Below are positions 26,038 through 39,672 of a stretch of DNA of 64,000 nt, one piece after another (positions within the stretch are counted from its first letter, which is position 1; each line of letters opens with the position of its first letter). The position numbers and the translations under genes are program-made. The DNA is from Lama guanicoe (taxonomy: Eukaryota): contig MU053758.1 in NCBI GenBank assembly GCA_013239625.1, positions 3,581,490 through 3,645,489 on the forward strand, given 5' to 3'. Under the pieces are notes generated by a model. The model did not search any database. It worked only from the letters and a program-made list of their open reading frames with translations, and was not told where the DNA came from.

Positions 26038-29000
26038 GGAGGAGGGGCCAAGATGGCAAAGTAGAAGGATGCTGGTATCTCACCATCTCCCACAAATATG
26101 CCAAAACTCACAACCACGGACCCACCCAGCCAGCCAGAGCACCTGCTGAACTCCAACAGAACATTAACCTCTTCAAAAGACAAAAACACCAGGAATTGGT
26201 AGAAGAAAAGGAAAAAAGAAAGAAGAAAAAGAAAAACAGTGCGGGACCGGGAGGAGCAGCAAAAGAGGAATAGCGTTCAGTTGCTGAATTTCCTCTTCTC
26301 CAATGGAGAGGTCAGCAGGACAGAGGGGGAACCTCTGAGGCTCAGATCTATATGGAGCAGCCCTTGACCGACAGAACTAAGTTAAATGGGCACAGAGGGT
26401 CTCCACAACCCCCAGCCCTAGAGGCAAAGCATCAGGTGGGGTACAGGACAGGCTGCCCCAGCTGGGCAGAGGACTGGGGCAGCTGCAGTGAGGCATCCCT
26501 GGGAGACTGCAGGGTACTGTGCACCATGGATGAATGGGTACACAGGGCAAAACAACCTGGGCCCTCCATAAAACAACACAGCTGATGTGCCCTAGGGGGA
26601 AGGGTGCCATACTCCTATCTCCAAAAACCCACAGAAGATTTGGGGAGAAGAGAGGCAGGGCTCAGGCACCTCTGCCATATCCTCCAGTGCTTAGCACCCA
26701 GGCAGGGGCAGGGTCAAAACCTGAATCCATACCTAAAGGCTTAGCAGCCTCAAAGTCCAGACAGAGACTTGTTTACAGCCTGAGGCAGATAGGATCTTTC
26801 TGCCCTGGTACCTCAGAGAACTCACCCCATCAAGACAAGCAAGGAGCTGAGTTTTGACACTGAGCTGGGGCAGGGCTGTTCCACCATCTTCCCTGAGACT
26901 GCATGTGGAGCGCGACCCGAGGCAGAGAGAGCAGCTGCACAGAGCAGGGGAGCGACCAACGCCGGGACAGGGCGGGTAGCCACCCGCCTTCCTGGCAGGA
27001 GCGTAACATCTGACAGCAGCATCAGGAGGGTGAGGGGGAGTGATCGGCCTGCCACCGTGTAAGAGTGCAGCACCTGACCACAGTGTTGGGAGGGGGTGCA
27101 ATCAGCTTGCTGACAGTCACTGGGAGCAGCACAGAGGAGGGGTACCAATGGAGGGCCTCTGACAGCAAGCTGAGTTCACGAAACAGGGCAAAGACAGAAG
27201 GACCTCTCAATAAAATCATTAAGAGTGTACAGTCTCCATGAGAACACATCCCTCCCTCTTTTTTTATTAATCTGTTCTATTTTCTGTTACCTATTTAATT
27301 TTTACTTTTTAAACAATTGTATATGCTTCCAGTTTTAATCCCTTTAAATTTTTTCTTTTAAAATATTTTTATTATTATTTTTAAAATCCATCTCATTTCA
27401 CTTTTATTTCTCTTGGTTTTGATCTCCTGTTATTGATTATACACGGGTCTCAAAAATTGTTTTTTTTCTTTCCTCCTTTTTTAAAGATTTTTAAAAGATG
27501 TTTCAACTCAATTGCTATTCTGATTCAACTTACTCTCCTATTATTGATTATACACTGTTTTCAAAGCATTTTTTCCTCCCTTCTTTTAAAATTCTCCCTC
27601 CCTCTTTTTTTTTACAGTTTTATTCCTGCATAGGTGTTAGATAGATAAATAAATAAACTCTTTAAGGACCACAATAGATAACTGATACTCCATAAGTCAC
27701 AGTGCCAAAGAGATATGAGCAAGATGAAGAAGCAGAGGAACCACTCCCAATTACAAGAGCAAGAGAAATCCCCTGAAAGAACAATCAATGAAATAGACAT
27801 TGATGGCCTACTAGATGAAGATTTTTAAAAAGGAGTGATTAAAGTACTGAAAGAACTAAAAGAGATAGTGTTTAGAGATATAAAATATGTCAAAATGAAA
27901 TTGAAGCTATAAAGAAGAGCCAAGTAGAATTGGTAAACTCATTTGCTGAGATGAGAACTGATCTAAAGGCTATACAAAGCAGGCTGGATAATGCAGAGGA
28001 ATGAATAAGTGACCTAGAAGACAAGACAATCAGAACAGCTGAGAGAAAAACCAATGAAAACAATATAAGGGACCTATGGGATAATATAAAGCATGCCAAT
28101 CTACTCATAATAGGGGTCCCAGAAGGGGAAGAAAGATCAAAGGGGATTGAAAAGGTATTTGAAGAAATCATGACTGAAAACTTCCCAAACCTAAAGAAGG
28201 AATCAGATATCCAAGTACAGGAAGTTCAGAGGGTCCCAAACAGGAAGAACCCAAACATATCCACACCAAAACATATCATAATCAAGATGGCCAGAGTCAA
28301 GGATAAAGAAACGATCCTAAAGGAAGCAAGAGGAAAACGAAGTGAGTTACAAGGGAACCCCCATAAGGCTCTCAGCTGATTTCTCTACACATACACTGCA
28401 GGCCAGAAGGGAGTGGCAAGATATATTCAAAGTCCTGAATGAAAAAACAAAGATGCAGAAAGGCTATCCTTTAGGATAGAAGGAGAGATAAAGAATTTCA
28501 CAGCAAGCAAAAACTAGAAGAGTTTAGCAACACTAAACCCATGCTAAAAGAAATATTGACCAGTCTACTCTAAATAGAAAAGAAGCAGGATGCTACAAAA
28601 ATGAGAAACTCATAACTGGAAAGGAGATAAATGCCATGAATTACAAATCAAATAAACACAAAGTTGTAAAAGAAGACATCTAAATCATTAAGAATGGGAT
28701 AGGGAAGCAAGAAAATATAGAATTTTTCTTTCTTTTTAAAATTTTTTGTTCTCGGTAGGATGGGTTTGAGTTTATATTACTATCTGTTTAATACAAACAT
28801 TTATAGTAATGGGTTAATAGACTTACAAAAAAGGGTAACCACAAGCCAAAACTTACAAGTAAGTCACAAAAACTAAATAAAATTCAAGATAATACAAAAG
28901 AAAATTACCAAACCACAAAAGGAAGAAGAAAGGAACAAAGAGGAAATACCAAATCAACTGCAAAAATATGTTCAAAATGGCAATAAACACACATCTATCA

Positions 29001-32000
29001 TTAATTACTGTAAATGCTAATGGACTAAATGCTCAAGTCAAAAGACATAGAGTAGTAGACTGGATAATAAAGCAAGAATCTTCAATATGCTGCATACAAG
29101 AGACCCACTTTAGGGAGAAGGATACATATAGATTGATAGTGAAAGGATGGAAAGGGATATGCCATGCAAATGGAAAAGCCAAAAAAGCAGGTGTAGCAGT
29201 ACTGATTTCAGACAAAACAGACTTTAAAACAAAGGCCATAAAGAAAGCTAAAGAAGGACATTTTATAATTTATTAAAGGAGTAATACAAGATGAGAATAT
29301 TACACTCATTAATATATATGCACCCAATAAAGGAGCACCTAAGTGCATAAAACAATTACTAACAGAGATAGAGGGAAATATTGACGGGAACACAATCATT
29401 GTCAGAGATTTTAACACTGCATTAACATCACTAGACAGATCTTTCAGATGGAAAATAAATAAGGCAACAGAGAAATTAAATAATACAATAGAAAAATTAG
29501 ATTTGGTGGATATTTTGAGAGCATTACACCCCCCCCCCCAAAAATAGGAAATAAATTCTTTTCAAGTGCACATGGAACATTTTCTAGGATTGATCATGTA
29601 CTTGGGCACAAAAGAAGCCTTAACAATTTTAAGAAGATAGAAATTATCTCAAGCATCTTTACTGATCGCAATGCCATGAAACTAGAAATCAACAAGAGAG
29701 AAACAAAAGAGGAAAACAGGAAAGCTTGGAGATTAAACAACATGCTATTTGAAAACCTGTGGGTCAATGATGAAATCAAATTGAAATTTTAAAATACCTT
29801 GAGACAAATGAAAATGAAAACACAACCACACAAAATTTATGGGACACAGCAAACACAGTACTAAGAGGGAAATTTATAGCGATACAGGCCTTCCTCAAAA
29901 AAGAAGAACAATCTCAAATAAACAACCTAACCCACCAGCTAAAAGAATTAGAAAAAGAAAGCAAAAACACCCAAAAGGCAGCAGAAGGAAGGAAATAATA
30001 AAGATCAGGGAGGAAATAAATAAAATAGAGATTTAAAAAAAATCAATCAAACTAAAAGCTGGTTTTTTGAAAAAATAAATAAAATCAACACAGCCTTGGC
30101 CATACTTACAAAGAAGAAAAAAGAGAGAGCACAAATAAGCAAAATAAGAAAGGAAAATGGAGAAATTACAACAAATAACATAGAAATACAGAATATCATA
30201 AGAGAATGTTATGAAAAACTATATGGAACCAAAATGGATAACCTAGAGGAGATGGACAAGTTTCTGGAAACATACAGTCCACCAAAACTGAATCAAGAAG
30301 AAACTGACTACTTGAACAAACCAATCACTGGAAATGAAATCAAATTAGCAATAAAAAACCTCCCTACAAATAAAAGTCCAGGACTGGATGGCTTCACTGG
30401 GGAATTCTACGAAACATACAAATAAGAACTCATACCAGTCCTTCTCAAATTCTTCCACAAGATTGAAAAGGAGGGTATATTCCCAAACTCATTCTATGAA
30501 GCCACCATCACCCTGATACCAAAACCAGGCAAAGACACTACAAAAAAAGAGAATTACAGACCAATATCACTGATGCAAAATCATAGATGCAAAAATCCTT
30601 ACCAAAATGTTAGCAAATAGAATCCAACAGCACATAAAAATGATCATACACCATGATCAAGTCAGGTTAATCCCAGGGACACAAGGGTGGTTCAACATAC
30701 GCAAATCAATCAATGTAATACATCATATCAACAAGAGAAAGGACAAAAACCACATGATCATCTCAATAGATGCAGGAAAAGCATTTGATAAACTTCAACA
30801 CCCATTTATGATAAAAACTCTCACCAAACAGAGAATTAGGTATAAAGGGAACATATCTCAACATAATAAAAGCTATATATGACAAACCAACAGCCAGCAT
30901 AGTACTCAACAGTGAAAAACTCAAAAGCTTCCCACCAAAATCTGAGACAAGACAAGGATGCCCATTGTCACCACTCCTATTCAACATAGTCTTGGAAGTC
31001 CTAGCCACAGCAATCAGGCAAGAGAGAGAAATAAAAGGCATCCAAATTGGGAAAGAAGAGGTAAAAGTGTCACTATATGCTGACGACATGTTACTATATA
31101 TAGAAAACCCTAAAAGGTCCACACAAAGACCACTAGAACTAATCAAACAACTCAGCAAGGCAGCAGGTTAAAAGATTAATGTTGAAAAATCAGTTGCATT
31201 TCTTTACACTAATGATGAATCAACAGAAAATGAAAGTAAAGAAACAATGCCCTTTAAAATAGCACCCAAAGTAATAAAATACCTAGGAATAAATCTAACT
31301 AAGGAGCTGAAAGACTTACACATGGAAAACTATAAAACACTGATTAAGGAAATTAAAGAAGACTTTAAAAAATGGAAAGATATCCCATGCTCCTGGATTG
31401 GAAGAATCAATATTGTTAAAATGTTATTACTGCCCAAAGCCATCTACAGATTTAATGCAATGTCTATCAAATTACCCAGGACATATTTCACAGAACTAGA
31501 ACAAATCATAGTAAAATTTATATGGAACCACAAAACACCTAGAATTGCCAAAGCATTACTGAAGAGAAAGAAAGAGGCTGGAGGAATAACTCTCCCAGAC
31601 TTCAGACAATACTATAGAGCTACAGTCATCAAGACAGCGTGGTATTGGTACAAAAACAGACATGTAGATCAATGGAACAGAACAGAGAACCCAGAAATGA
31701 ACCCACAAACTTTTGGTCAACTAATCTTCAACAAAGGAGGCAAGAATATACAATGGAGTAAAGACAGTCTCCTCAGCAAATGGTGTTGGAAAAACTGGAC
31801 AGAACCATGTAAATCAATGAAGCTAGAAAAATAAACTCAAAATGGATCAAAGACTTAAACATAAGTCAAGATACAATACCATCAAAGACCTAGAATTGCC
31901 AAAGCATTACTGAAGAGAAAGAAAGAGACTGCAGGAATAACTCTCCTAGACTTCAGACAACACTGTAGAGCTATAATCATCAAGACAGCATGGTATTGGT

Positions 32001-33548
32001 ACAAAAACAGACGTATAGACCAATGGAACAGAATACAGAGCCCAGAAATGAACCCACAAACTTTTGGTCAACTATTCTTTGACAAAGGAGGTAAGAATAT
32101 ACAATGGAATAAAGACGGTCTCTTCAGCAAATGGTGTTGGGAAAACTGGACAGCAGCATATAAAACAGTGAAGCTAGAATACTCCCTTACACCATACACA
32201 AAAAAATCAACTCAAAATGGATCAAAGACTTAAACATAGACAAGATACAATAAACCTCCTAGAGGAAAACATAGGCAAAACATTATCTGACATACATCTC
32301 AAAAATTTTCTCCTAGAAGAAATAAAAGCAAGAATAAAGTGAGACCTAATGAAACTTACAATCTTCTGCACAGCAAAGGAAACCATAAGTAAAACAAGAA
32401 GACAACCTACGGAATGGGAGAAAATTTTTGCAAATGAAACCAACAAAGGCTTAATCTCCAGAATATGTAAGCAGCTCACATGACTCAATAAGAAAAAAAA
32501 AAATAAACAACCCAATCCAAAAATGGGCAGAGGACCTAAACAAGCAAACAAGGAAGACACACAAATGATCAAAAGGCACATGAAAAAAATGCTCAATATC
32601 ACTAATTATCAGAGAAATGCAAATCAAAACTACAATGAGGTATCACCTCACACCAGTCAGAATGGCCGTCATTCAAAAATCCACAAATGACAAATGCTGG
32701 AGACGCTGTGGAAAAAAAGGGAAACCTCCTACACTGCTGGTGGGAGTGGAGGTTGGTGCAGCCACTGTGGAAAACAGTATGGAGATTCCTCAAAAGACTA
32801 GGAATAGACTTACCATATGACCCAGGAATCCTGCTCCTGGGCATATATCCAGAAGGAACCCTACTTCAAAAAGACACCTGCACTCCAATGTTCATAGCAG
32901 TACTGTTTACAATAGCCAAGACATGGAAACAGCCTAAATGTCCATCAATAGATGACTGGATAAAGAAGAGGTGGTATATTTATACAATAGAATACTATTC
33001 AGCCATAAAACTGACAACATAACACCATTTGCAGCAAGATGGATGTCCCTGGAGAATGTCATTCAAAGTGAAGTAAGCCAGAAAGAGAAAGAAAAATACC
33101 ATATGAGATCACTCATATGTGGAAGAAGAAGAAAGTAAGAAAGTAAGAAAGTAAGAAAGAAAGAAAGAAAGAAAGAAAGGGAGGAAGGGAGGAAGGGAGG
33201 AAGGAAAGGACGGACCATAAATACAAAACAGAAACAGACTCATAGACATAGAATACAAACTTGTGGTTGCCAAGGGGGTGGGGGGTGGGAAGGGACAGAC
33301 TGAGATTTCAAAATTTGTGGATACTGACAGGCATATGCAGAATAGATAAACAAGATTATACTGTATAGCACAGGGAAATATATACAAGATCTTGTGGTAA
33401 CTCACAGTGAAAAAAAATGTGACAATCAATATATGTATGTTCATGTATAACTGAAAAATTGTGCTCTACACTGGAATTTGACACAACATTGTAAAATGAC
33501 TATAACTCAATAAAAAATGTTAAAAATAAAAATAAAACATAAAAGAAA
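26038..33548 (+). mobile_element. Full-length inactive LINE-1 (~7.5 kb)
   Basis: 5' end GGAGGAGGGGCCAAGATGGC and GC-rich 5' UTR. Broken ORF1 at ~27715-28575. Broken ORF2 from 28977 with endonuclease (ITVNANGLN, IQETH), RT ([21 protein letters not shown]) and HCWWE. A-rich tail. GAAAAGA flanks both ends (26031-26037, 33549-33555). Confidence 0.95.
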
Positions 33549-34120
33549 GAAAAGATATCCTGTGTTAATGGATTGCAATAATTAATTTTGTTTAAATGTC
33601 CTTACTACCCAAAGATATCTATGGAGTAAATGCAATTTCTCTCAAAATACCCATGGCATTTTTCACAGAACTGAAACAAATAACCCTCAAATTTGTATGT
33701 AACCACAAAAAGACCCCAAGTAGCTGAAGCAATCTTGAGAAAGAAGAATAAAGCTAGAGAGAAATCATGCTCCCTGAATTCAGACTATACTTCAAAGTTA
33801 CAGTAATCAAAACAGGGTGGTACTGGCACAAAACCAGACACATAGATGAATGGAATAGAATAGAGAGCCCAGAGATAAACCCACACATGTGTGGTCAATT
33901 AATCCACAACTACAGTGGCAAGAATATGCAGTAGGTAAAAGACAGTCTCTTCAATGAGTAGTGTTGGGATAATTGGACAACTACATGTAAAACAATGAAA
34001 CAAGACCATTTTTTTTCACACCAAATACAAAAATAAACTCAAACTAGATTAAAGTTCTAAATGTAAGTCCTGAACCCATAAAATTCCTAGAAGAAAGCAG
34101 GCAGTTAACTTCTTGACATT
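33549..34120 (+). mobile_element. Older L1 ORF2 fragment, right part
   Basis: Degenerate KDIPCSWI...[16 protein letters not shown] region. Confidence 0.85.
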
Positions 34121-34290
34121 GACTGGATGATGCCCACCTTCACTGGTGCGGGTGATCTTTACTCAGGCTACTGATTCAAATGCTAATCTCTTCCAGAAAT
34201 GTCTTCACAGACACACCCAGAAATAATGTTTACCACTTACCTGGGTATCCCTTATCCCAGTCAAGTTGACACATAAAGTTAACCATCACA
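34121..34290 (-). mobile_element. ERVL-class LTR end (MLT-like)
   Basis: ccagtcaagttgacacataaagttaaccatcaca terminus. Confidence 0.65.
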
Positions 34291-34840
34291 CACCACAATT
34301 GTCATTTTTCTATCTACATCTGTTGTGAAATTTCTGACAAAGAAAAAATGCCATTGGAAGATACCCTTAGTAAAAATCATCAAGGATTGGTATTTGAAAA
34401 AGGAAACTCCAGTCTTAACAGGAAGGAATCCACAATGAATCCACTAGACAGAAATCTTAAAGAAACTTGCATACCCATGTGTCATCACCCTTGGTAACCA
34501 TACACTTATTTATTGATGCTTCTCTGGTTGAGAGCATTTCCTTCATCTTGGATATGGTGCTTCCCCATTCATCATAGGGAGGAAATATTCATTATGTATA
34601 AATCTTGTGTAGTGCTTCCAGAAGACCCCAAATTTCTTGAGACTGGAGATGAGTGTACACTCAACGTGGACCACCTTTTCTGCTCCTCACAGTTCCCTGC
34701 CTTCAATGAACCCAGAGGTATTCAATTAAATACTTCAGGTATTGCAAGCAAAAATAAAGCAATTAGATAAAAATGTAAAGCAGTTAGATCTTTTATAATG
34801 TGGCCTCTGTCTCCCTTATCTTCCTTTTTCTGTATCATAG

Positions 34841-35711
34841 TGTAACTGAGCAGGACCCTATAGGGCCTTCCTAAGATAGACATCCCTCCCCACATCCTGC
34901 CCTGCCTCTTGTTTGTAGAAAAAACTTTAGCTTCCTAGGCTTCCCTGAGTTCCAAAGAATAAGTGTAATCAGAGAAGTAAGAAAATGGAGAAACAAAGGA
35001 AAACCACCAAGCAAGACAAAATAAGTTTAGCCGTTAAACAAAGTCAAGGACCTTTAGCTCCTCCTCAAGGGCTATAGATAATATTCTGAGTCAAATTCTT
35101 TGAGCTGTTTTGCAGATACTGAAACTCTCACCAGGTGGAAGAAATTAACTGTGTGCTGCTCACAAGCCCAGAGACCCCAGACAGGTTGGAACCAGAAGGT
35201 TGATGATGGTAGTTCCTGATTGCCTCACTGCCAGCCAATCAGGAAAATGTCCACGAGCTGATCACATGCACCACAACCCTCTCTTTCACCCTGTCTTTAT
35301 TTTTTTTCATGCATATATTGTTTTGGGGTTTGTTTGGGTTTTTTTAATATATTTTTATTGAAATATAGTCAGTTTACAACGTTGTATCAGTTTCTGGTGG
35401 TGTACAGCACAATACTTCAGTCATATAGGAACATACATATATTCATTTTCATATTCTTTTTAACCATAGGTTACAAAATATTGAATAGAGTTCTCTGTGC
35501 TATACAGTATAAACTTGTTTATCTTTCACCCTGTCCTTAAAAACTTTTCCCTGAAAGCCATCAAGGAGTTTGGGTCCTTGGAGCACTCATTGCCTAGACT
35601 CCTTGCGTGGTGTCCCGCAATAAACACTGCACTTTCCTTCACTGCAACCCAGCATCAGTAGACTGGCTTTACCGCACACAGGCGAGCAGACCCAAGTTTG
35701 GGTCAGTAACA
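34841..35711 (+). mobile_element. Solo LTR (ERV1-like)
   Basis: TG...CA ends (tgtaactgag...gtaaca), internal aataaa near the 3' end, termini homologous to the LTR at 41650. Confidence 0.8.
35296..35521 (-). mobile_element. L1 3' end inserted in an LTR
   Basis: 14-bp TSD TCTTTCACCCTGTC at 35282-35295 and 35522-35535. Confidence 0.85.
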
Positions 35712-37752
35712 ATATAAGCACGAAAATCACAAATACCTTTACACAACTACCTTATTGCAAGGATATGAGCAAAAGTCATTTGCCATCACTTTGTGGCTGT
35801 GGGTGTCCAGGTTCAAAAACAAGAATGTATATCCTCCTGGTTACTCAGCCTTATTATAAGCACAAAAAGTTTCCATTAGGTAAACAACAGTGCCATTAAG
35901 ATTTGAAGGTCTAACACCCAGGGTTACCACAGCCAACAAGGGCTGAAATAAAAAGATTAATTTGCTTTTCCACTCAATTTTTCTATGTCTGTTTTGTTTA
36001 GGTAACAATAAAAAAAAACTTTTAAAAAAAGGCCATCTAGGCATTAAAATAAAGAAAAGAAAAATGGACAGAGGAAATATATTTTAAAACCTGTGCTTCT
36101 CTACTTAGGATTAGTAGCTGTTAATATTTTTTCCAATTTTCTCTCTGTTGAAAAATCACAAACATAGCATCAAAGATAAAGAACTTCTTTGACTCTCCAT
36201 ACCCATTCCAACCCCTTCTTCTCAGAGACAAACAAAATCATGAAATTAGTATGTAAATCCTGCTAGTGCTTTATGCTTTTATAAATGTATATACAAGTCC
36301 AAGATTTTGTTTTAAATACAGGCACAGACATTAACTAGTATTTTTCTGTCAACCTATTTCATTGGCTGTGCCATTAGTATGCGTTTGAAAGAACTCTTTG
36401 GTTCAGCCAAGAGGTTCACATTTCACCAGGTCTTCATTTATTATCAGTGACAGATTAACTGTGATTCTTTAGAAAGATTCTTTAGACCCGCCCTGATTCT
36501 TTCAACTAAAATGCAAAACTTTCTAGAATGTTTACCTTACTTTGTCACCTTTGATCAGTTTTATGTTTAGCAGGAGATGCCCAGCCCTCTGTAAAAAGAA
36601 GAGAAACAAAGGAGAGACCAAAGCTTTTAAGTCTTGGCTCGGTCACCAGGCAGCACTGACATGAGCATGACGGGCAACCTTCTGGGTCCACTTAAGTACC
36701 TCCGAGAAGAACTAGAAGAGCTCTTGGCATTCATTCCATCTTTGTGCAGCCAAACCATTTTAGCTCTTGACTTAATTTCTGTTTTGGATTGGGCTTAATT
36801 CAAAAATTACATGCTGTACCCCGTTTTTGTCACCAAAATCCTTTGACAATGACGGTTCATGTCTAATCCTGTGTCACAGTTGTTAAGGTAGGAGTGACAT
36901 AACTGCCTTCAAAGAACACAGTGCCAAGGTTGAGAGAAAGGGGATGACTCAACCACGTACCTACAACAACTTTGTACCTACATGTTTCCTGTCTTCTCAT
37001 AGATACCCAAGTGCATCCCCTCCTAAGGAGTAAAAAGCATCTTTTTGCTGTGTGACATTGCTCAAGCAACTTCTCTGTGCTTCATTTCCTCATCTGCCCT
37101 AAGTAAGGTATTCCTTTCAGGCAGGCTGTTTATTATTTATTGAGCACCTATTATGTGCCTCCTTTATACCTGCCATAAAAGCACCACAAGGACCAGTTAG
37201 GAAATGTGAAAATTCTTAACAGTTATTTAAACTAAATGTCTTGAGGGCCACTTGAGGCACAATGGCCTGGCTGGCATCCCAGGGGTCAGGCTTTGAGCAG
37301 GCTGCACGGTTGTCTCAAGGCTGCCATATGCACTTCTAAGAGTCATGCCAGGCACGCGAGCACCCAGCTGTGAGGTTGCGTAGAGGCTGAAGACCAGCTT
37401 ACAGGCTGTTTGCAAACCAGACACCTGTAGGGTGTGTCCACCCAGAACGGGAGCCTTTATCTAATTCCTCGATGGCACACATGGGTTACTATCATCCTGG
37501 TTGGGGAGGCCTCAAGCAGGACAAGCTAGAGGATGGGGGCTGACAGTGTCCCAGGGGCACCAAAGATGAGGACCAGAAGAGTTGGTTCTACCATTAAGTC
37601 TAAGGGGCAAACATGAGACTAGAATTGGGAGATAAAGCCAAGTTAGTGGCAGAAATAGGGCCACAAAGACCATGTGACAAAGGTACACTTGAGGGGGCTA
37701 AGATGGTTGCAATAGACAGTCAGGTTGCCTGGCCCTTTGCTTTTTTTATTTT

Positions 37753-37969
37753 TTCCTTCCTTCCTTCCTTCCTTCCTTCCTTCCTTCCTTCCTTCCTTCC
37801 TTCCTTCCTACTTTCTTTCCTTCCTTCCTTCCTCATTCCCTCCCTCCTTCCCCCTCCTTTTCCTCCTTCTTTTCCTTCTCTTCTTCCTCCTCCTCTTCTT
37901 CCTTCTGCTCCCCCTTTCTCCTCCTCCTCCTCCTACTCTTCTTTCTTCCTCTCCTTCTCTTTCTCTCTC
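37753..37969. repeat. (TTCC)n and polypyrimidine tract
   Basis: Direct reading. Confidence 0.92.
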
Positions 37970-39086
37970 AGTACCAACCTCAGAGCAGGAAGGTGAACCC
38001 TCAGTAAAATGCATCAGAATAAAACATTCTCTTTTCTAAAATCCTTGATATCCAAATGTCAAGCCTTGGGAGCCAGTCCCACCCACCCAGAGCTCACCAT
38101 ATCTCAGCTGCAAGATTCTGGATACTTCCCCACCCATCCTCTCACCAGCTCTCCTGCATTTCTGCATTTCAGTTCAAGATATGTGGCCTTGGAGAACCAA
38201 TCTCATTAAGAATGGATCAAGAACAGACTTGACTCTCTCCCATGGAGGCTGTCTCCCCACCCCCAGAGCACACCATCCTCGCCCTCCTCAGACTTGATCT
38301 CCGTGGTGGTGCATGTTTGCACAGTACTGCACACAGCCAGAGGATACGCTTCCTGAGGTGACCCCCTTCCCCACCTGGGAAGTGAACCACAGTGAACCAC
38401 AGTGTACCACAGTGTCCAGGTTTCTGAGAATCAATATTTCTGCACGCTTTTCTCCATGGTCAGCAGCCAGCCAGGCTCCACAAACAAACAATGAGTGCAG
38501 GTATGAAATTACTATTAAAATAAAATACAGATATGTTCAGTGTTATCCAGGTCTTTCATGATAAACTTAAGTGTTGCTTCCTAGTGTGGAAAATAGACAT
38601 TAAGCGGAGACCAGCTCCCATGAGTGACTAAAATGTCTACGACCTTGACATCAGATCATGCTTTACTTTTATCTTCTCGCTTAAAAATTCTAATCCCGAC
38701 ACTCAATGAAAATGCCACTAGCCTGATATTCTTAACTCTCTTCCTTCCTCCTGACACATACACACATTCGTCTGAATTCATTTCTTTCTGATTCTCAGCT
38801 CTTGAGCTCAGATTCCTCAGCCCCTTGCCCCCATCATTCCCCTTTTTACAGTCCTGAACTTGAGGGAACTTGAAACCAGGCTCCTAAGCTGGGCACCAAA
38901 GGACCAGAGTCAGCAGAACCTTTGACTCAAGGCTGTGGCTCCCCCCAGCCTGATCAATAGGACAGGGGATGAGAGCACAGGGGTACCACCCTAACGACAT
39001 GAATACAAACTATGCTTACTGAGCATTTGCTGTGTTTCAGGCATTGAATTAAACAGCTTTATCTGCATCATTTCATTCCATCCTTA

Positions 39087-39672
39087 TTTAAAAGGTAGGG
39101 AGGGAATTTGACACAACATTGTAAAATGACTATAACTCAATAAAAAATGTTTTAAAAAAAGAAGAAAATTTTTAAAAAGTAGGGAGGGATAAATTAGGAG
39201 TTTGGGATTTACAGATATTACCTACTATATATAAGATAGATAAACAACAAGGTTCTACTGTATAGCACAGGGAATTATATTCGATATCTTGTAGTAACCT
39301 GTAATGAAAAGAATCTGAAAACAATATATGTAGGTACACGTATAACTGAAACATTATGCTGTGCACCAGAAATTGACAACATTGTAAACTGACTATACTT
39401 CAATTAAAAATGATAATAATCACTTAAAAGGGAAGAAGGGATAAATTGGGAGTTTGGGATTTACAGATGCTAACTACTATATATAAAATAGATAAAAAAG
39501 GAACATGGTCTTACTGTATAGCACAGGGAACTATATTCAAAACTTTGTAATAGCCTATAATGAAAAAGAATATGAAAAGGAATATATATATATAAATGAC
39601 TGAATCACTATTCTGTATACCAGAAGTTAACACAACATTGTAAATTGACTATACTTCAATTAAAAAAAAAAA
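39087..39672 (+). mobile_element. Three stacked L1 3' ends inside a MIR
   Basis: Three copies of acaacattgtaaa..gactata ending in A-rich tails; MIR halves on both sides. Confidence 0.85.

Noticed and set aside
27715..33140. Active L1 ORF1/ORF2
   Set aside because: Many stops and frameshifts plus an internal duplication
38381..38417. 10-bp tandem repeat agtg(a/t)accac x3.5
   Set aside because: Short degenerate minisatellite with no supporting context
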